From contig OX597822.1 of NCBI GenBank assembly GCA_951406725.2, positions 92,008,001 to 92,072,000 on the forward strand: 64,000 bases of DNA, read 5' to 3'. Source of the stretch: Octopus vulgaris. Taxonomy: Eukaryota. How positions within the stretch are numbered: the stretch's first letter is position 1; each line of letters starts with the position of its first letter. Under the pieces are notes generated by a model, which was not told the DNA's origin, ran no database searches, and saw only the letters and a list, made by a program, of their open reading frames with translations. Of this stretch, positions 1 through 11,715 are shown piece after piece. The translations under genes were made by a program, and so were the position numbers.

Positions 1-830
1 TCTAGCCAGACCACAACTTATGTCAGCTTTTCTTTGGCATAGATGCTTCCACATTCTTCCATGCTCTAGCAATGAGCCAAAGAACATCCTTTATGTTAAA
101 TTTTTTAATAAATGTTGGTACAGACTTGCCAGCATTCACTGCATCTTTCATAGATTTCCTGAAAATTGAGCAATTAGAGAGCACAGTATTCCTTGGTCTT
201 AAGGTTGGACAAATAACATATAGTTGTGTGTAAATACACCATATAAAGATTTTTCGTACACAGGAGTTCAGTTTTAGGGTGGACTGAAAAGTTGTCCAGA
301 ATAATAACTTTGCAGTCATCTAGTAAACCTACAGGTGTACAGTTTGCTCCGACTTCTTGCACAAAAATCTTCTCAAACCATTCTTTGCCGACCTCACTTG
401 TAATCCAACCATTCTTATTCGCACAGTATGCTGCTGAGTAAATTTTTAACACTTCAAGGCTCTGGCATATTTAGTTTTCCCTATCATCTGTGGTTTACAT
501 CTGTGCAAACCTGCTGCATTTGTGCACCCTATGATGGTAAGCCTGCCATGAGACTATGGATCCTGTGGGTGTTTCTTCATTTTCAGCTCTTAATGTTTTC
601 CGAAGTGTGCACTGGCAATATAATGCAGTTTCATCTGCATTATACTACCTTCTCAGGACTGAGATGCTCACAAATCCTTCTTATCTCTCTTAGAGGTCAG
701 AGCTGGGATTAAGTTTAAGCAAAATAAGCTCAGAATTTCACAAAATTGTATCAATCACTAGCAATTGCAGTGTAAACAATCCAAGTGTGGCTATATTCAA
801 TGCCATCTGTGGGCAACCCAATAGACTAGT
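1..830 (-). mobile_element. Degenerate Tigger/pogo transposase fragment
   Basis: Frameshifted ORFs 174-452 and 23-319 give NKNGWITSEVGKEWFEKIF, VIILDNFSVHP and NIKDVLWLIARAW, typical pogo/Tigger DDE_1 motifs. Ends not resolved. Confidence 0.75.
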
Positions 831-1270
831 TTGGTAGTCATGAAATTTTAATTTCCTGCTCATAAACTAGTACACATTATAAGCAGTTCTGGATCATAAG
901 TGTCTGGAAAGTTAGTGTTCAATTTCTGTGCAATCTACCCAGAAGGCTTTGGTCAGCATGGGGCTATAGCAAAAGACACTTACCCAAGGTTTCACAAAGT
1001 GGAACTGAACCCAAAACATTGTTGTTGGGAAGAAAACTTCTTATCACACAGCCATGTCTGCAACTATAATATCTGTACTTTTTATAATCGTTACTACTAC
1101 TTCTACAGCTGCTGCTGGTGCTAATACTACTACTCCTACTACTATTATTATACCCACCCCCATTTGGGGAATTTTAATTATTTAATTGTGTTGTTAATTG
1201 CCATTGTTATTTTATTGTTTACTTGATTTTTGTGTTAAGCCCCACATGTCCCTAGTTTTGTATTGTCCCT

Positions 1271-1670
1271 CTCTTTACTCTTTTACTTGTTTCAGTCATT
1301 TGACTGTGGCCATGCTGGAGCACCGCCTTTAGTTGAGCAAATTGACCCCAGGACTTATTCTTTGTAAGCCTAGCACATATTCTATCGGTCTCTTTTGCCG
1401 AACCGCTAGGTTATGGGGACGTAAACACACCAGCATCGGTTGTCAAGCGATGTTGGGGGGACAAACACAGACACACAAACATATACATATATATACATAC
1501 ACATACATATATATATATGCATATATATGACAGGCCTCCTTTGGCCTCCTTTGGCCTCCATCCACCAAATCCACTCAAGGCCTTGGTCAGCCCGAGGCTA
1601 TAGTAGAAGACACTTGCCCAAGGTATCACGCAGTGGGACTGAACCTGGAACCATGTGGTTGGTAAGCAAG
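1271..1670 (-). mobile_element. tRNA-derived SINE with internal (TA/CA)n (cephalopod-type family)
   Basis: Minus strand shows a B-box-like GGTTCAGTCCC, conserved body, internal microsatellite and an ...ACAAGTAAAAGAGTAA tail. Same family at about 11520-12960 (split), 22500-23090, 24383-24701, 34070-34370 and 57268-57715. Confidence 0.8.
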
Positions 1671-1919
1671 AGTACTAGAGTTGATGGTATTGACTAACTC
1701 CATCACTTCAGAATGACTGGCCTAGTACCTAAATTAGAAATTATTATTTTTAGTTTAAACTTTTGACTGGAGTTAGTAAAATATGCTAAATTGTTGATTT
1801 CATATTGTGTGTGTGTGTGTGTGTGCTTCTGTTTTTACAACAATTTCATTGCTTCAATTTTGTGTGTTGTCATACATCTTATTCCTGAATAAGCATAATG
1901 TATGGGCTAAGACAATGTA

Positions 1920-3193
1920 CAAGGTGGGTCAGAATTCATGACTCACTTGTTAGTTATATTTATTGATATGCATGTAAGCACACAAATGTACAAAGTTAAT
2001 GAATGCACTGTTTAGTTAAATCAGGTATCCATTTCATGGTCAACTGGGCTTCCTTCTGCTGCAAGACAGGCTTATATCTTTATTGAAACGTTTTGACATG
2101 CTTTACAACACATGTCTACTGGGATTGTTTCACATTCTTGGATAATAACTTGTTTAAGATGTTCAAGACTTAATCTTCTGACAATAGACACAGTCTTTTG
2201 GATAACCCCTCAAAAAAAGTCTGGTGGTGTTAAATCAGGTGAGTGAAGCAACCACTCCACAGGCCCTCACCTTCCAATCCAACAATCAATTTTCTTCAGC
2301 CAGTCACAGACAGCCAGTGAATGACGTGGGAGAGTAACATCCTGCTGCCACCATAATTCTACAAAGTCTTCTTGTTCCTTTAACTTAGGGAGAACTTGGT
2401 TTTGTAAAAGTTTCAAATATGTGACCCCATTTATGCCACCTTCAATAAAGAATGGCCCCATGAGTCCGTTGTTACTCACACCTGCCCACACCATTATGTG
2501 GTCATACTCAATCATAATTTGAAGACTTTCTTGTCTCCAGTACATACAGTTATGCTGAACAACACTCCCTGAAATATAAAATTTTGACTCATCAGTCCAG
2601 GCATGTTCTTCCAATATTGGGTCATCATTCAACTTGTCCAGCCATTCTTCTGCAAACTGCAAGTGATGCTCTGGATCATCTTCCACTAATCCATGAATCA
2701 AACAAGGGGTATAAGGATACAGTTTCATATGGAGCAAGCATCTTAAAGAAGTCCTTGAAATGTTCAGAAGATCTGATAAAGATCTTTGATGACTTGGATT
2801 TTTGTGAAGAATTGTCTAACTCGGTTCTCAAGCATTCTTTATGTTCATTTGTTCAAACAGATCTTGGTCATCCTGGTCTTTTGGGGTCCACAATACTACC
2901 TGTTTCATCAAATAACTTATTAATCCTAGCAACAGTCTTTCTCGTAGGTGCCAGTGGCCCATAAGTTGCTTCCATTACTCTGCAGACTTCAGTGATGTCC
3001 ATTTTAGCATATAATCTCACACATTGAACATATTTCTCCAAGCTTAGCAAAGGATGTGCCATGGGGGTTAATCAAATTCTGAAAAAAAATTTTTTAATCT
3101 GTTAGATTAAGAAATAAAATATTACAATAACAATAAAATAAGCATATTAAAAAATATAACTAATAAGTGAGTCATGAATTCTGGCCCACCCTG
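1920..3193 (-). mobile_element. Full-length but defective Tc1/mariner element (rosa/maT-like)
   Basis: TIRs CAAGGTGGGTCAGAATTCATGACTCACTT / AAGTGAGTCATGAATTCTGGCCCACCCTG, both flanked by TA. Broken transposase with HTH (KLFDETGSIVDPKRPG), WTDESKF, WWQQD and SPDLTPPDF; second-to-third D spacing is about 39 in this copy. Confidence 0.9.
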
Positions 3194-3344
3194 TACATAT
3201 TTAGAAATGGGAACTTGACAATGGTTAGAGATAAAAGCAATTGAAACATGGAAAGTGAAACACAAAGGATGAAGTTAAATGTTTGGAAAGCTTCAATTAG
3301 TGTTATTCTTGTTATTAATGTTTTTATTATATTATTTCCAAAAG

Positions 3345-3479
3345 AAATTCTTCTTCAAGACTAATCCTGGAGCCCGCAACAATGTAAGCTATGGAGACAT
3401 TTCTGAAAGACTGTCTCTGAGAAAATCTTTAGAGTGCCATTCCTTCAAATGGTATTTAGAAAATGTCTATCCAGAACAG
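3345..3479 (+). CDS. GALNT11: Polypeptide N-acetylgalactosaminyltransferase exon (end of catalytic domain)
   Basis: AG|...|GTAAGT, 135 nt, phase 0/0; [45 protein letters not shown] contains the GalNAc-T hallmark YGDISER...L.C.SFKWYL.NVYPE. Ortholog symbol is from remembered similarity to GALNT11. Confidence 0.92.
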
Positions 3480-3616
3480 GTAAGTGTTTTTGTACCTTTT
3501 AGCACTGAATTCTTGTGCCAACACAATAACTGTTATTTAATAGTAATTCATAGTATGATACATTATCTGGTAATAGTTAGTAATAGTCTTATCTGGGGTA
3601 GGCAAAAAGGTAGTCA

Positions 3617-3900
3617 TTTCATTTCATTTCATTTGAGTTTGAGTCCATGCTCAGGCCAAGTCGAAGACTCCACTCTCAGAGTCTGGTGTGGTTGCCAGGT
3701 TGTATTTTCTGTTTAATTTTGACATGTGTAGGAGCGAGTTTGAGTCAGTTTGTGCTCGTTGTGTATATCCTGGGAGATGGGGTTCATCTCTAATGGTGCT
3801 TAAGTATCTATCCAGCTGCAATTTGAATGATTCCACACTGCATCCTGATAGATTTCTGACATGTACCGGAATGGAGTTGAATAGTTGTGCTCCTCGAACC
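3617..3900 (-). mobile_element. 3' end of CR1/jockey-group LINE
   Basis: Minus strand GAQLFNSIP...SFKLQLDRYLSTIRDEPHLPGY...SNSL, followed by a (GAAAT)n-like tail. Confidence 0.75.
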
Positions 3901-4854
3901 AGTTTGATTTATTCTTTTACTATGCTGGGGTAGTTACACAGGTGGTATTAGTCAGTTTGGTTTATTCTTTTACTATACCACCTGTGTAACTGCCCTAGTT
4001 ACACAGGTATTAGATCTGTTTGGCAAGCACACTTTCTTCTATTCGCTGCACCATGCTCCAAAGGATAATATTGGACCTTTCTGTGCTTAACGATCATTCA
4101 ATACATTCTAACTGTCTTTCCTATAGGATGCCTAAATAATGAGATAGCATTGAGTTTGTTCGTATCTGATATACCCCCACCATCACCCTTTCTGTACTAC
4201 AAGCCATGACCCCCACTCTCAAACCATTTGTTGTTGACATCCATCATTCTCTATTGCTATGATGTATCACTCTTTTCTATTACCCTGCATCATTTCATCT
4301 CTCTCAGAATGGCAAGCATGTTGCTCTTCCGTTACTGCCCCTCTACCACCATCACATCCCAAACATTCTGTTTCTTCCCATCATGTGCTCACTCTACTCA
4401 CCCACTCAACCTGGTCCATCACCACTCTTTCTTCTCTTCATTCTCTCTTCCTCTCACTAAATTGAACAGTTATCACGGGGTCTTTAGTTTTGCCAAGGGT
4501 ATGACGACTTCTACTATTGGCACCACTATAAAATTTATCCACTGCTCTCTACACAATGGTTACAGAAGGCATTCAGCTACAGAAACCAAAATTGAAACAT
4601 ACAAGCAAGGTGTAGTCCTCCAACTCAACTTGGAGAGCATTAACATCAAAGAACTGACTCAAAATATATATAATGACTTTCAAGATTTTTATTGCATTTT
4701 ACTGCCTACAATCTCTAAAACTAAATGCAATTCGGTCAAGGCTGAAATTCCTAATTATAGGTTTGCTTGATCAGGGCTAACTTTAGGTTAAACAATAATA
4801 ATATTAAGCATAATTAAATCTCAGAATGAGATTGAAACAGTAATCGCTCGATAA

Positions 4855-5073
4855 TGTAAAGTATAGAAGCCATCTTATCATGGCTAACCACATTGAGGAG
4901 GGGGTGTTACTGTAGCTTTATAGCCCCAAGAGATCTTTCGTCTCTAGCTGGCTTTAGACACAATATCTGTGTCCTAGCCAGCTAGAGACAAAGATCTCTT
5001 GGGGCTATAAAGCTACAGTAACACCCCCTCCCCAATGTGGTTAGCCATGATAAGATGGCTTCTATACTTTACA
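4855..5073. mobile_element. 219-bp near-perfect hairpin MITE with TGT...ACA termini
   Basis: Arms of about 100 bp (TGTAAAGTATAGAAGCCATC... / ...GATGGCTTCTATACTTTACA) with few mismatches. Confidence 0.8.
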
Positions 5074-5307
5074 ATTAATAATATTATTTGAAAGAAATTA
5101 GTAAAGGATCCTCTATGTAGTTACTTCGCCTGCTAGAAATAGCAGCTAAATTTCTCTAAAGCCTTGTTCTACTAACTCAAAAATGGAAACTTTGGATAAT
5201 GTAGTACAGGATACACTATTTCTGAAAAAGAAAAAAAAGAGACAAAATGGTCATAGTTGAATACTTTTGATCAGGCTTAACTTGGGATAAACATCAACTA
5301 TATTTGA

Positions 5308-5720
5308 ATCATCAACATCATCATCATCATCATCGTTTAGCATCCGCTTTCCATGCTGGCATGGGTTGGACGGTTCAACTGGGGTCTGGGAAGCCAGAAG
5401 TTTGCACCAAGGCCCAGTCTGATCTGGCAATGTTTCTATGGCTGGATGCCCTTCCTAACGCCAACCACTCCATGAGTGTAGTGGGTGCTTTTTACGTGCC
5501 AGACAAGGCTGGCAAACGGCCACAATCGGATGGTGCTTTTTACGTGCCACTGGCACGGAGGCCAGGCAAGGCTGGCAACGGCCACGATCGGATGGTGCCT
5601 TTTAAATGCCACCGGCACGGAGGCCAGTCAGGGCGGCGCTGACAACGGCCATGTTCGGATGGTTCTCTTATGTGCCACCGGCACTGGTATCACAGCTACA
5701 ATTTCCATTGATGTTGATCA
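5308..5720 (-). mobile_element. RTE LINE 3' UTR fragment with internal ~45-bp repeats
   Basis: (CAT)n tail then CGTTTA..TCCGCTTTCCATGCTGGCATGGGTTGGACG; the same tail follows RTE coding sequence at 24703-25615 and 54503-55700. Confidence 0.85.
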
Positions 5721-5820
5721 AATATATTATTACATACTGAGTTGCAATTGTTTCTTACTCTAAGTTACTGTTTGATTGAGGTATTTATATATTTATCCTG
5801 TTTGTCATTTTTCCTAATAG

Positions 5821-5907
5821 ATCCTGCCAGATTCTGGTAAAAGATCACCCTTTCTTTTAAATATACCAGTCCATGCAAGACCTCTGAAGCCAAAAGCTGT
5901 TGACAAG
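5821..5907 (+). CDS. GALNT11: GalNAc-transferase exon (linker)
   Basis: ttttcctaatAG|...|GTATGT, 87 nt, phase 0/0; ILPDSGKRSPFLLNIPVHARPLKPKAVDK keeps the frame between neighbouring exons. Confidence 0.8.
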
Positions 5908-6434
5908 GTATGTGGTTGTATTGAATAAATGACGAATTTCTCTTGATTCATTGCCTGGTCCTGTGTCCCTTTAGCTGTATGCTTTCGGTTGCAAGCATTT
6001 GGTCTAAGTTACTGATGTAAAGATAATTTCCTCACTTCCTCCGACCAGTCATAAAAGTTCTAACAAAAGTCAAAGGTTCTGCCCTCTTTCTCACCAAGCC
6101 ATTAAAAAAAAAAAACCATTGCAACATAAGAAAACAAATATTTAAATGAGAACAAAAGTTATTTCTGTCATTAGCACATTTTGGTAAAGTAGTTGGGTTA
6201 ATTTAATAAAACTCCGATTTTGGTTGATTTGATTTAATAAAACTTGGTATTTAAATCCATACTAATGTCATTGCTAAACTCTTTGACAGTTCTTAGCAGC
6301 CCTCACCCCCCTTGGTAAGTGATGGGGAGAGCGAGTCATCTTGAAAGATGCCTTACATGATGTTAATACTTATTCCATTACGATTGTACATTATTTACAT
6401 TTAACAGATATCTGTCCTCATCTTGTTTATTGTT

Positions 6435-6480
6435 AACCCAATGTTTCGGCTGATATACCCTCCAGCCTTCATCAGGTGTC
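6435..6480 (-). ncRNA. Minimal type I hammerhead ribozyme motif
   Basis: GACAC-CTGATGA-A-GGCTG(gagggtatat)CAGCC-GAAA-CATT-GGGTT: intact CUGAUGA and GAAA cores, 5-bp stem II, stem I GACAC/G(T)GTT. Confidence 0.75.
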
Positions 6481-6526
6481 TTGGGGAAATTTTGAACCTG
6501 GGTTCTCATTCCTAAGGTATTTTTCG

Positions 6527-6636
<110 letters not shown>

Positions 6637-6639
6637 GAC

Positions 6640-7400
6640 GACGACGACCAGCGACCGAGACCTTTGGAAATATGCTGTACGTGAGAAGACCAAGCAGGAC
6701 AAGTGAGCCCAGCCCACTTATGAATGCCTTTCCTCCCTTGGACACAAAGACCGGTTGAGGCAAGCGAAGTCGATATACAACCTCATCCAACGACAGGCAC
6801 CCATGCCAACCCCTTTTGCTTGCGAAGACATGTTGGGGCAAGCGAAAGCGAAATCGAAATCGAACTGAACCAGCCAGGATCCCTGTTCTGGTGGTACGTA
6901 AAAAGCACTATCCGACTCGTGGCCGATGCCAGCGCTGCCTCCACTGGCTTCCGTGCCGGTGGCACGTAAAATACACCAATCCAACCGTACGACAGGCACC
7001 CATGCCAACCCCCTTTGCTTGCGAAGACATGTTGGGGCAAGCGAAATCGAATTGAACCAGCCAGGATCCCTGGTCTGGTGGTACGTAAAAAGCACTATCC
7101 GACTCGTGGCCGATGCCAGCGCCGCCTCCACTGGCTTCCGTGCCGGTGGCACATAAAATACACCAATCCGACCGTGGCCGTTGCCAGCCTCGCCTGGCAC
7201 CTGTGCAGGTGGCACGTAAAAAGCACCCACTACACTCACAGAGTGGTTGGCGTTAGGAAGGGCATCCAGCTGTAGAAACATTGCCAGATAAGACTGGAGC
7301 CTGGTGCAGCCTTCTGGCTTCCCAGATCCCCGGTCGAACCGTCCAACCCATGCTAGCATGGAGAACGGACGTTAAACGATGATGATGATGATGATGATGA
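6640..7400 (+). mobile_element. RTE LINE 3' end nested in the SINE linker
   Basis: DRDLWKYAVREKTKQDK* C-terminus, UTR with an internal ~180-bp duplication, (GAT)n tail. Confidence 0.85.
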
Positions 7401-7633
7401 TTATTATTACTCAGGTCACTGCCTGGAATCGAACTCGGAATCTTGGGGTTAGTAGCTCGCACTCTTAACCACTATGCCATATGCCTGTGACGTAGTGGTT
7501 AACAGCGTGGGCTACTAACACCAAGATTCCAAGTTCGATTCCAGGCAGTTACCTGAAAAATAATACTAATAATAATAACAACAACATCGAAAAATACCTC
7601 AAAAATGAGAACCCAGGTTCAAAATTTCCCCAT

Positions 7634-7679
7634 GACACCTGATGAAGGCTGGAGAGTATATCAGCCAAAACATTGTGTT
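7634..7679 (+). ncRNA. Hammerhead motif, degenerate (GAAA changed to AAAA)
   Basis: GACAC-CTGATGA-A-GGCTG(gagagtatat)CAGCC-AAAA-CATT-GTGTT. Confidence 0.6.
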
Positions 7680-8561
7680 GACAACAAACAAGATGAGGAC
7701 AAATATCCGCCAAATGTAAATAATATACATAATTCCTCATCTCTTGAATATAGAACTCCATTACGATTGTTTAGAAAAGATGTATGTATCATTTGTATAT
7801 TGTAAGTAGTATTAAGACATTAATTCTGCGGGTTTTCTATCATGAATTTTTGGTAGTAAGTAGATCGATCCTTCTGTTAGCCAGGCAAGTATTTGTTCAC
7901 ATTCTATCCAGTTGACTTCAGCATTAAACTCTTATCCATTGCTTCATATCTTCTTCCAAAACTCTTCCACCGCCTCAATTTTGGATCGTTCTTTTACCCA
8001 TATCTATTTTTGCCAATTTCCTTATAAAACTTCTTAGCATTGGTTTTGAATATTTTGTTTTGACGATAGAATTTGCTTCTTTTATCATGCCTTCTAACCT
8101 GTAGCTGTGTATAGTTTCAACAGTTTCTTAGCCACAGGAAGAGTTATAAGATCTTTGATTTTATATTTTTGCTTGATTTTTCCAACTTTTCTTGTTTTGA
8201 CATTTACTCCTCTAGAACATCTATTACATCTCACCAGCACAGGTGTCTTTTACATGTGACCGGCACAGGTGCCTGTTACATGTCACTGGCATGGGTGCTT
8301 TTATCTGACGGAGTAGGATATAACCTAGTCAGCTTTTCCATGAGGTAGTCATATCCAATGATTGGTGTAGCAGCATTATAGTCAACTGCTACAAAGATAA
8401 AGTTGACGCCTTAGACTGAATATTTTAACTGTAGCAAAACTTTGTAAAGTGAAACAAAAGAATTCTGTTGCCAGGATATGAACTGTCTCAGACTATAAGT
8501 CCAGCATAGTCTACTGTAATAGCTTTGCTAATGTTTATAACATTTTTCATTTTATTTGCAG

Positions 8562-8672
8562 ATTGTACATATTGCATCAGGCTTATGTATTCAGTCAGCT
8601 CAGGAAATATATACTAAGCATTCAAAGCTGATTTTAGCTAAATGTGATTCCAACTCCAAAATAAAGAAGCAG
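8562..8672 (+). CDS. GALNT11: GalNAc-transferase exon (ricin lectin alpha repeat)
   Basis: ttttatttgcAG|...|GTTTGT, 111 nt; IVHIASGLCIQSAQEIYTKHSKLILAKCDSNSKIKKQ has the ricin-type Cys pair. Confidence 0.88.
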
Positions 8673-10673
8673 GTTTGTATATTCTGTGATTACTCCAAAA
8701 TTGTCATTTGTATACCATATTAGAGTTGATTTATTGTTGATGTTCTGTTGTGATTTGCTACCAAATTTCTAAGCCAGGATTCAAAACTGAATCCACATTT
8801 TCCTACAAGTCCTCTGCCTGTTATTCTTGCTTGTTGCACTAGGAAATTTATGAAAGTGAACTGATCTCTTAGCCTTTCTCAAGTCATACATGGATCAAAA
8901 TTTATACAGAGGAAAAAATCAGTTGTTTAGCCTGACCTAGTTTCATTAGGAAGGATATAAATAAGCAAACCCAAATCATTTCTACCTCTTTTGGTCGTAA
9001 GGCCTCTGGCCAAAGAGCATCTGTCTTTCTTTTCCTTTCTTCCAGTCCTGATGGAGGAAGCACCTTTATGCAAAGGACTTTGCAGCTTTTACTTTCTACT
9101 TGGCTAGAATCACTCTCTCTAGTAGTCACCCACAGACGAATTTACTATCTACACAAGTAATATGTATACAACTACTTCTATAAGAAGTTGTCTTCTACAT
9201 TGTAACAATAATAACAATATAAATAAAAGACCATTTCAACTAACAATATCTTTCATTCAATGCATACTAACATTACATTTGATTATTATAATTGGTGACT
9301 TCCATTGTTTATAAACCATTAAAATTAGATCTTAATTTTAACTGTTATGAATTGGTGACTAACATTTATTAATCATTACAGTCCCATAAAGAAATTAATC
9401 ATACCCTTAGTCATATAAGTCATTCCATGGCATTTCTGCCAATATTTTTCTTCTCAGTCTTGAGCTTTCTTTATGGATTCCAATAATCACATTCCATTGA
9501 GTCTCTTCTAGGCTACTCTCTTTTCCTTTTACCTTCTATTTTTCAAAACATTATTGCAGTTTCAAGTGAACAAGCTTTTCTACAGATACACCTAAACCAC
9601 TGCACCTTTCTGTATTTTGCCTTTCTCTCTTCCAAACCAATGCATATTAAATATTCTAAAGCCGACTGTTTGGTCTAGTAACTCTTTTACATAATGTTAA
9701 TGTCAAGAATTCTGCAAAATATCTAATTTTGAATTCTGACGTTGATGTTAGTCAGAGATACACTTATACTATTAGTTTATCAAGATTTTCCTGCTTGTAT
9801 AGTGTCCCATGGCCTCATAGATTATTGGATCACTAGTCAGAGCATTGTCTTTATGTTGCTCCAAGGTAAAAATACTAGAGTATTTCCTATTGTTTCTCTA
9901 GGCCTATGAGTAATTTTGATCTTTACACTACAAACTAGTGAAACAATTGTCAAAGTCTTTCAATCTTACACCACTGTGCTGTGACATGTTATGGTACCTG
10001 TTTACAGCTAAATTGATTGTGTTACTGAGAATTATGCTAGGGATATTGTGAAACATTATTGATAGGATACAAACTGTAAGCTTTTAGGTCATCAGGGTGA
10101 TGCCCTTTTGACTTCTAATTTTTATCATAAATGAGGAAGTTTTGTTCTCTGTAAATACTGTACACTTGAGCATACACATGTACACAAAGAGTCAGACACA
10201 TTTCCATACATTTATAAATACAAGCACCTACAACAAATATCTGAGTTAGTTGACTGCTTGTTACTCACCTTGTTATTTATGTTGGGTCCATTTCAAAAGT
10301 GACTTATTTATCAGTGAATACCATTGGTTACTAGAATTCACTTCTGTAAACAATGGGAGCACTCTAAAATTGGATGTTTCAGTAGCATGTTGTATTGAGT
10401 GCATTTGCAATGATGAGTGTAATTAGGAGAGGATTATGCTTCAGATGTGCCATAGAGGCAAGTTTTCATTGGTGCCCTAATACCTCGATGTGTTAAGGGA
10501 CTCACCACTATGCATTTAATAAATGTGTTAATCTTTCAGGTTCAGACCTTACAGGTGTTTTGGATTTATGAAAGATATAAATTATAAAAACTTAACCAGT
10601 TTTCTTGTTCATTATTTGATGCTCTATATTTTTTTTGTACAATTTTACATCCATTATATATATTAATTTGCAG

Positions 10674-10820
10674 CAATGGTATCAAACATTTGATAATGAA
10701 CTGAAATTAGCTAATAAGTTATGTCTGGAAATCAATGATGTTGGATTCAAGAAAAGCTTTCCAAGGTTAATGAAATGTCATAATAGTAGAGGAACTCAAG
10801 AATGGATGTGGTTCAATTCA
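10674..10820 (+). CDS. GALNT11: GalNAc-transferase exon (ricin lectin beta repeat)
   Basis: tttgcAG|...|GTAAGT, 147 nt; QWYQTFDNELKLANKLCLEINDVGFKKSFPRLMKCHNSRGTQEWMWFNS. PRLMKCH..G.Q.W is GALNT11/pgant35A-like. Confidence 0.92.
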
Positions 10821-11277
10821 GTAAGTCTATTAGTTTTAATAAATGTGTTAATCTTTCAGATTCAGACCTTACAGGTGTGTTGGTCTAAACAGACCAGTTA
10901 GCCTGACAGATCTGAAAGATGTGTTTAATGAAGCCTGGGAGATATATTGGTCAAGTGAATCTAATAGATATGTTGGTTTAATGACCAGTCTAATCAAATG
11001 ATTTACTTTCATGTCAGTCTCAAAGCATATTCAATTTTAAAACCCCTGTCTTTTAAGTTTATCTTGTGTAAAATGTTTTTTTTAAAATCGAATCCTTTTT
11101 TTTTTTAGTTGAACAAATATTGAAATGTTTAATCATTTATTTTGTATTTAAAAAAATAATAAATCACAGCTTAAAATATCTTCTTTATTTACAATTAATT
11201 TAAATTAGTTATTTAATTTATATTCAAAACATAAAAAACAAAATTAATAATATATTTCGAATTTTTCTTATTTCCAG

Positions 11278-11421
11278 TCTGCACCATCAATGCTGTACAA
11301 TGAAGCCAGTGGTAAATGTCTTTCTGCTAACCCCAACAAAAGTATTCCATACTTAGAACTCAACATCTGTGATAACCAAAACGCAAACATGAAATTTGCT
11401 TTTGGTTTCCTAATTGATTAA
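11278..11421 (+). CDS. GALNT11: GalNAc-transferase terminal coding exon (ricin lectin gamma repeat)
   Basis: ttatttccAG| then SAPSMLYNEASGKCLSANPNKSIPYLELNICDNQNANMKFAFGFLID, stop TAA at 11419-11421. Confidence 0.88.
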   Translation, partial: SAPSMLYNEASGKCLSANPNKSIPYLELNICDNQNANMKFAFGFLID

Positions 11422-11715
11422 CAAATTTTTGTCATTTTTTTATATTTCTTAAAAATCATGATTTTTAAAATCTGGTCACAATTACTTCATATTTTCCTAA
11501 ATTTTATATTTTTGCATCCTTTTACTTTTTCAGTCATTGGACTGCAGCTATGCTAGTGCACTGCCTTGAAGGGTTTAGACTAACAAATAAACCCCAGTAT
11601 TTTTTTTTTTTGTTTAGTATTTATTTTCTTTGTCTCTTAATGCTAAACATAACCAAAGCAACATTGGTTATCAAATGGTGATGAGAAACAAACTCAAAGG
11701 TACACACACAGGGAA

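Noticed and set aside
4228-4770. 180-aa ORF
   Set aside because: No recognisable domain or splice support; low-complexity intronic or decayed repeat sequence.
6718-7359. Repeated ~45-bp units resembling a CRISPR array, and a 213-aa ORF
   Set aside because: Internal repeats of the RTE 3' UTR seen in many copies; the spacers are not unique, there are no cas genes and the context is eukaryotic.
7411-7555. Possible tRNA genes
   Set aside because: A and B boxes and an anticodon-like arm are present but there is no acceptor stem or oligo-T terminator; these are SINE heads.
8902-9129. Minus-strand 75-aa ORF as a nested gene
   Set aside because: GTG start, stops just upstream in frame, no recognisable family.
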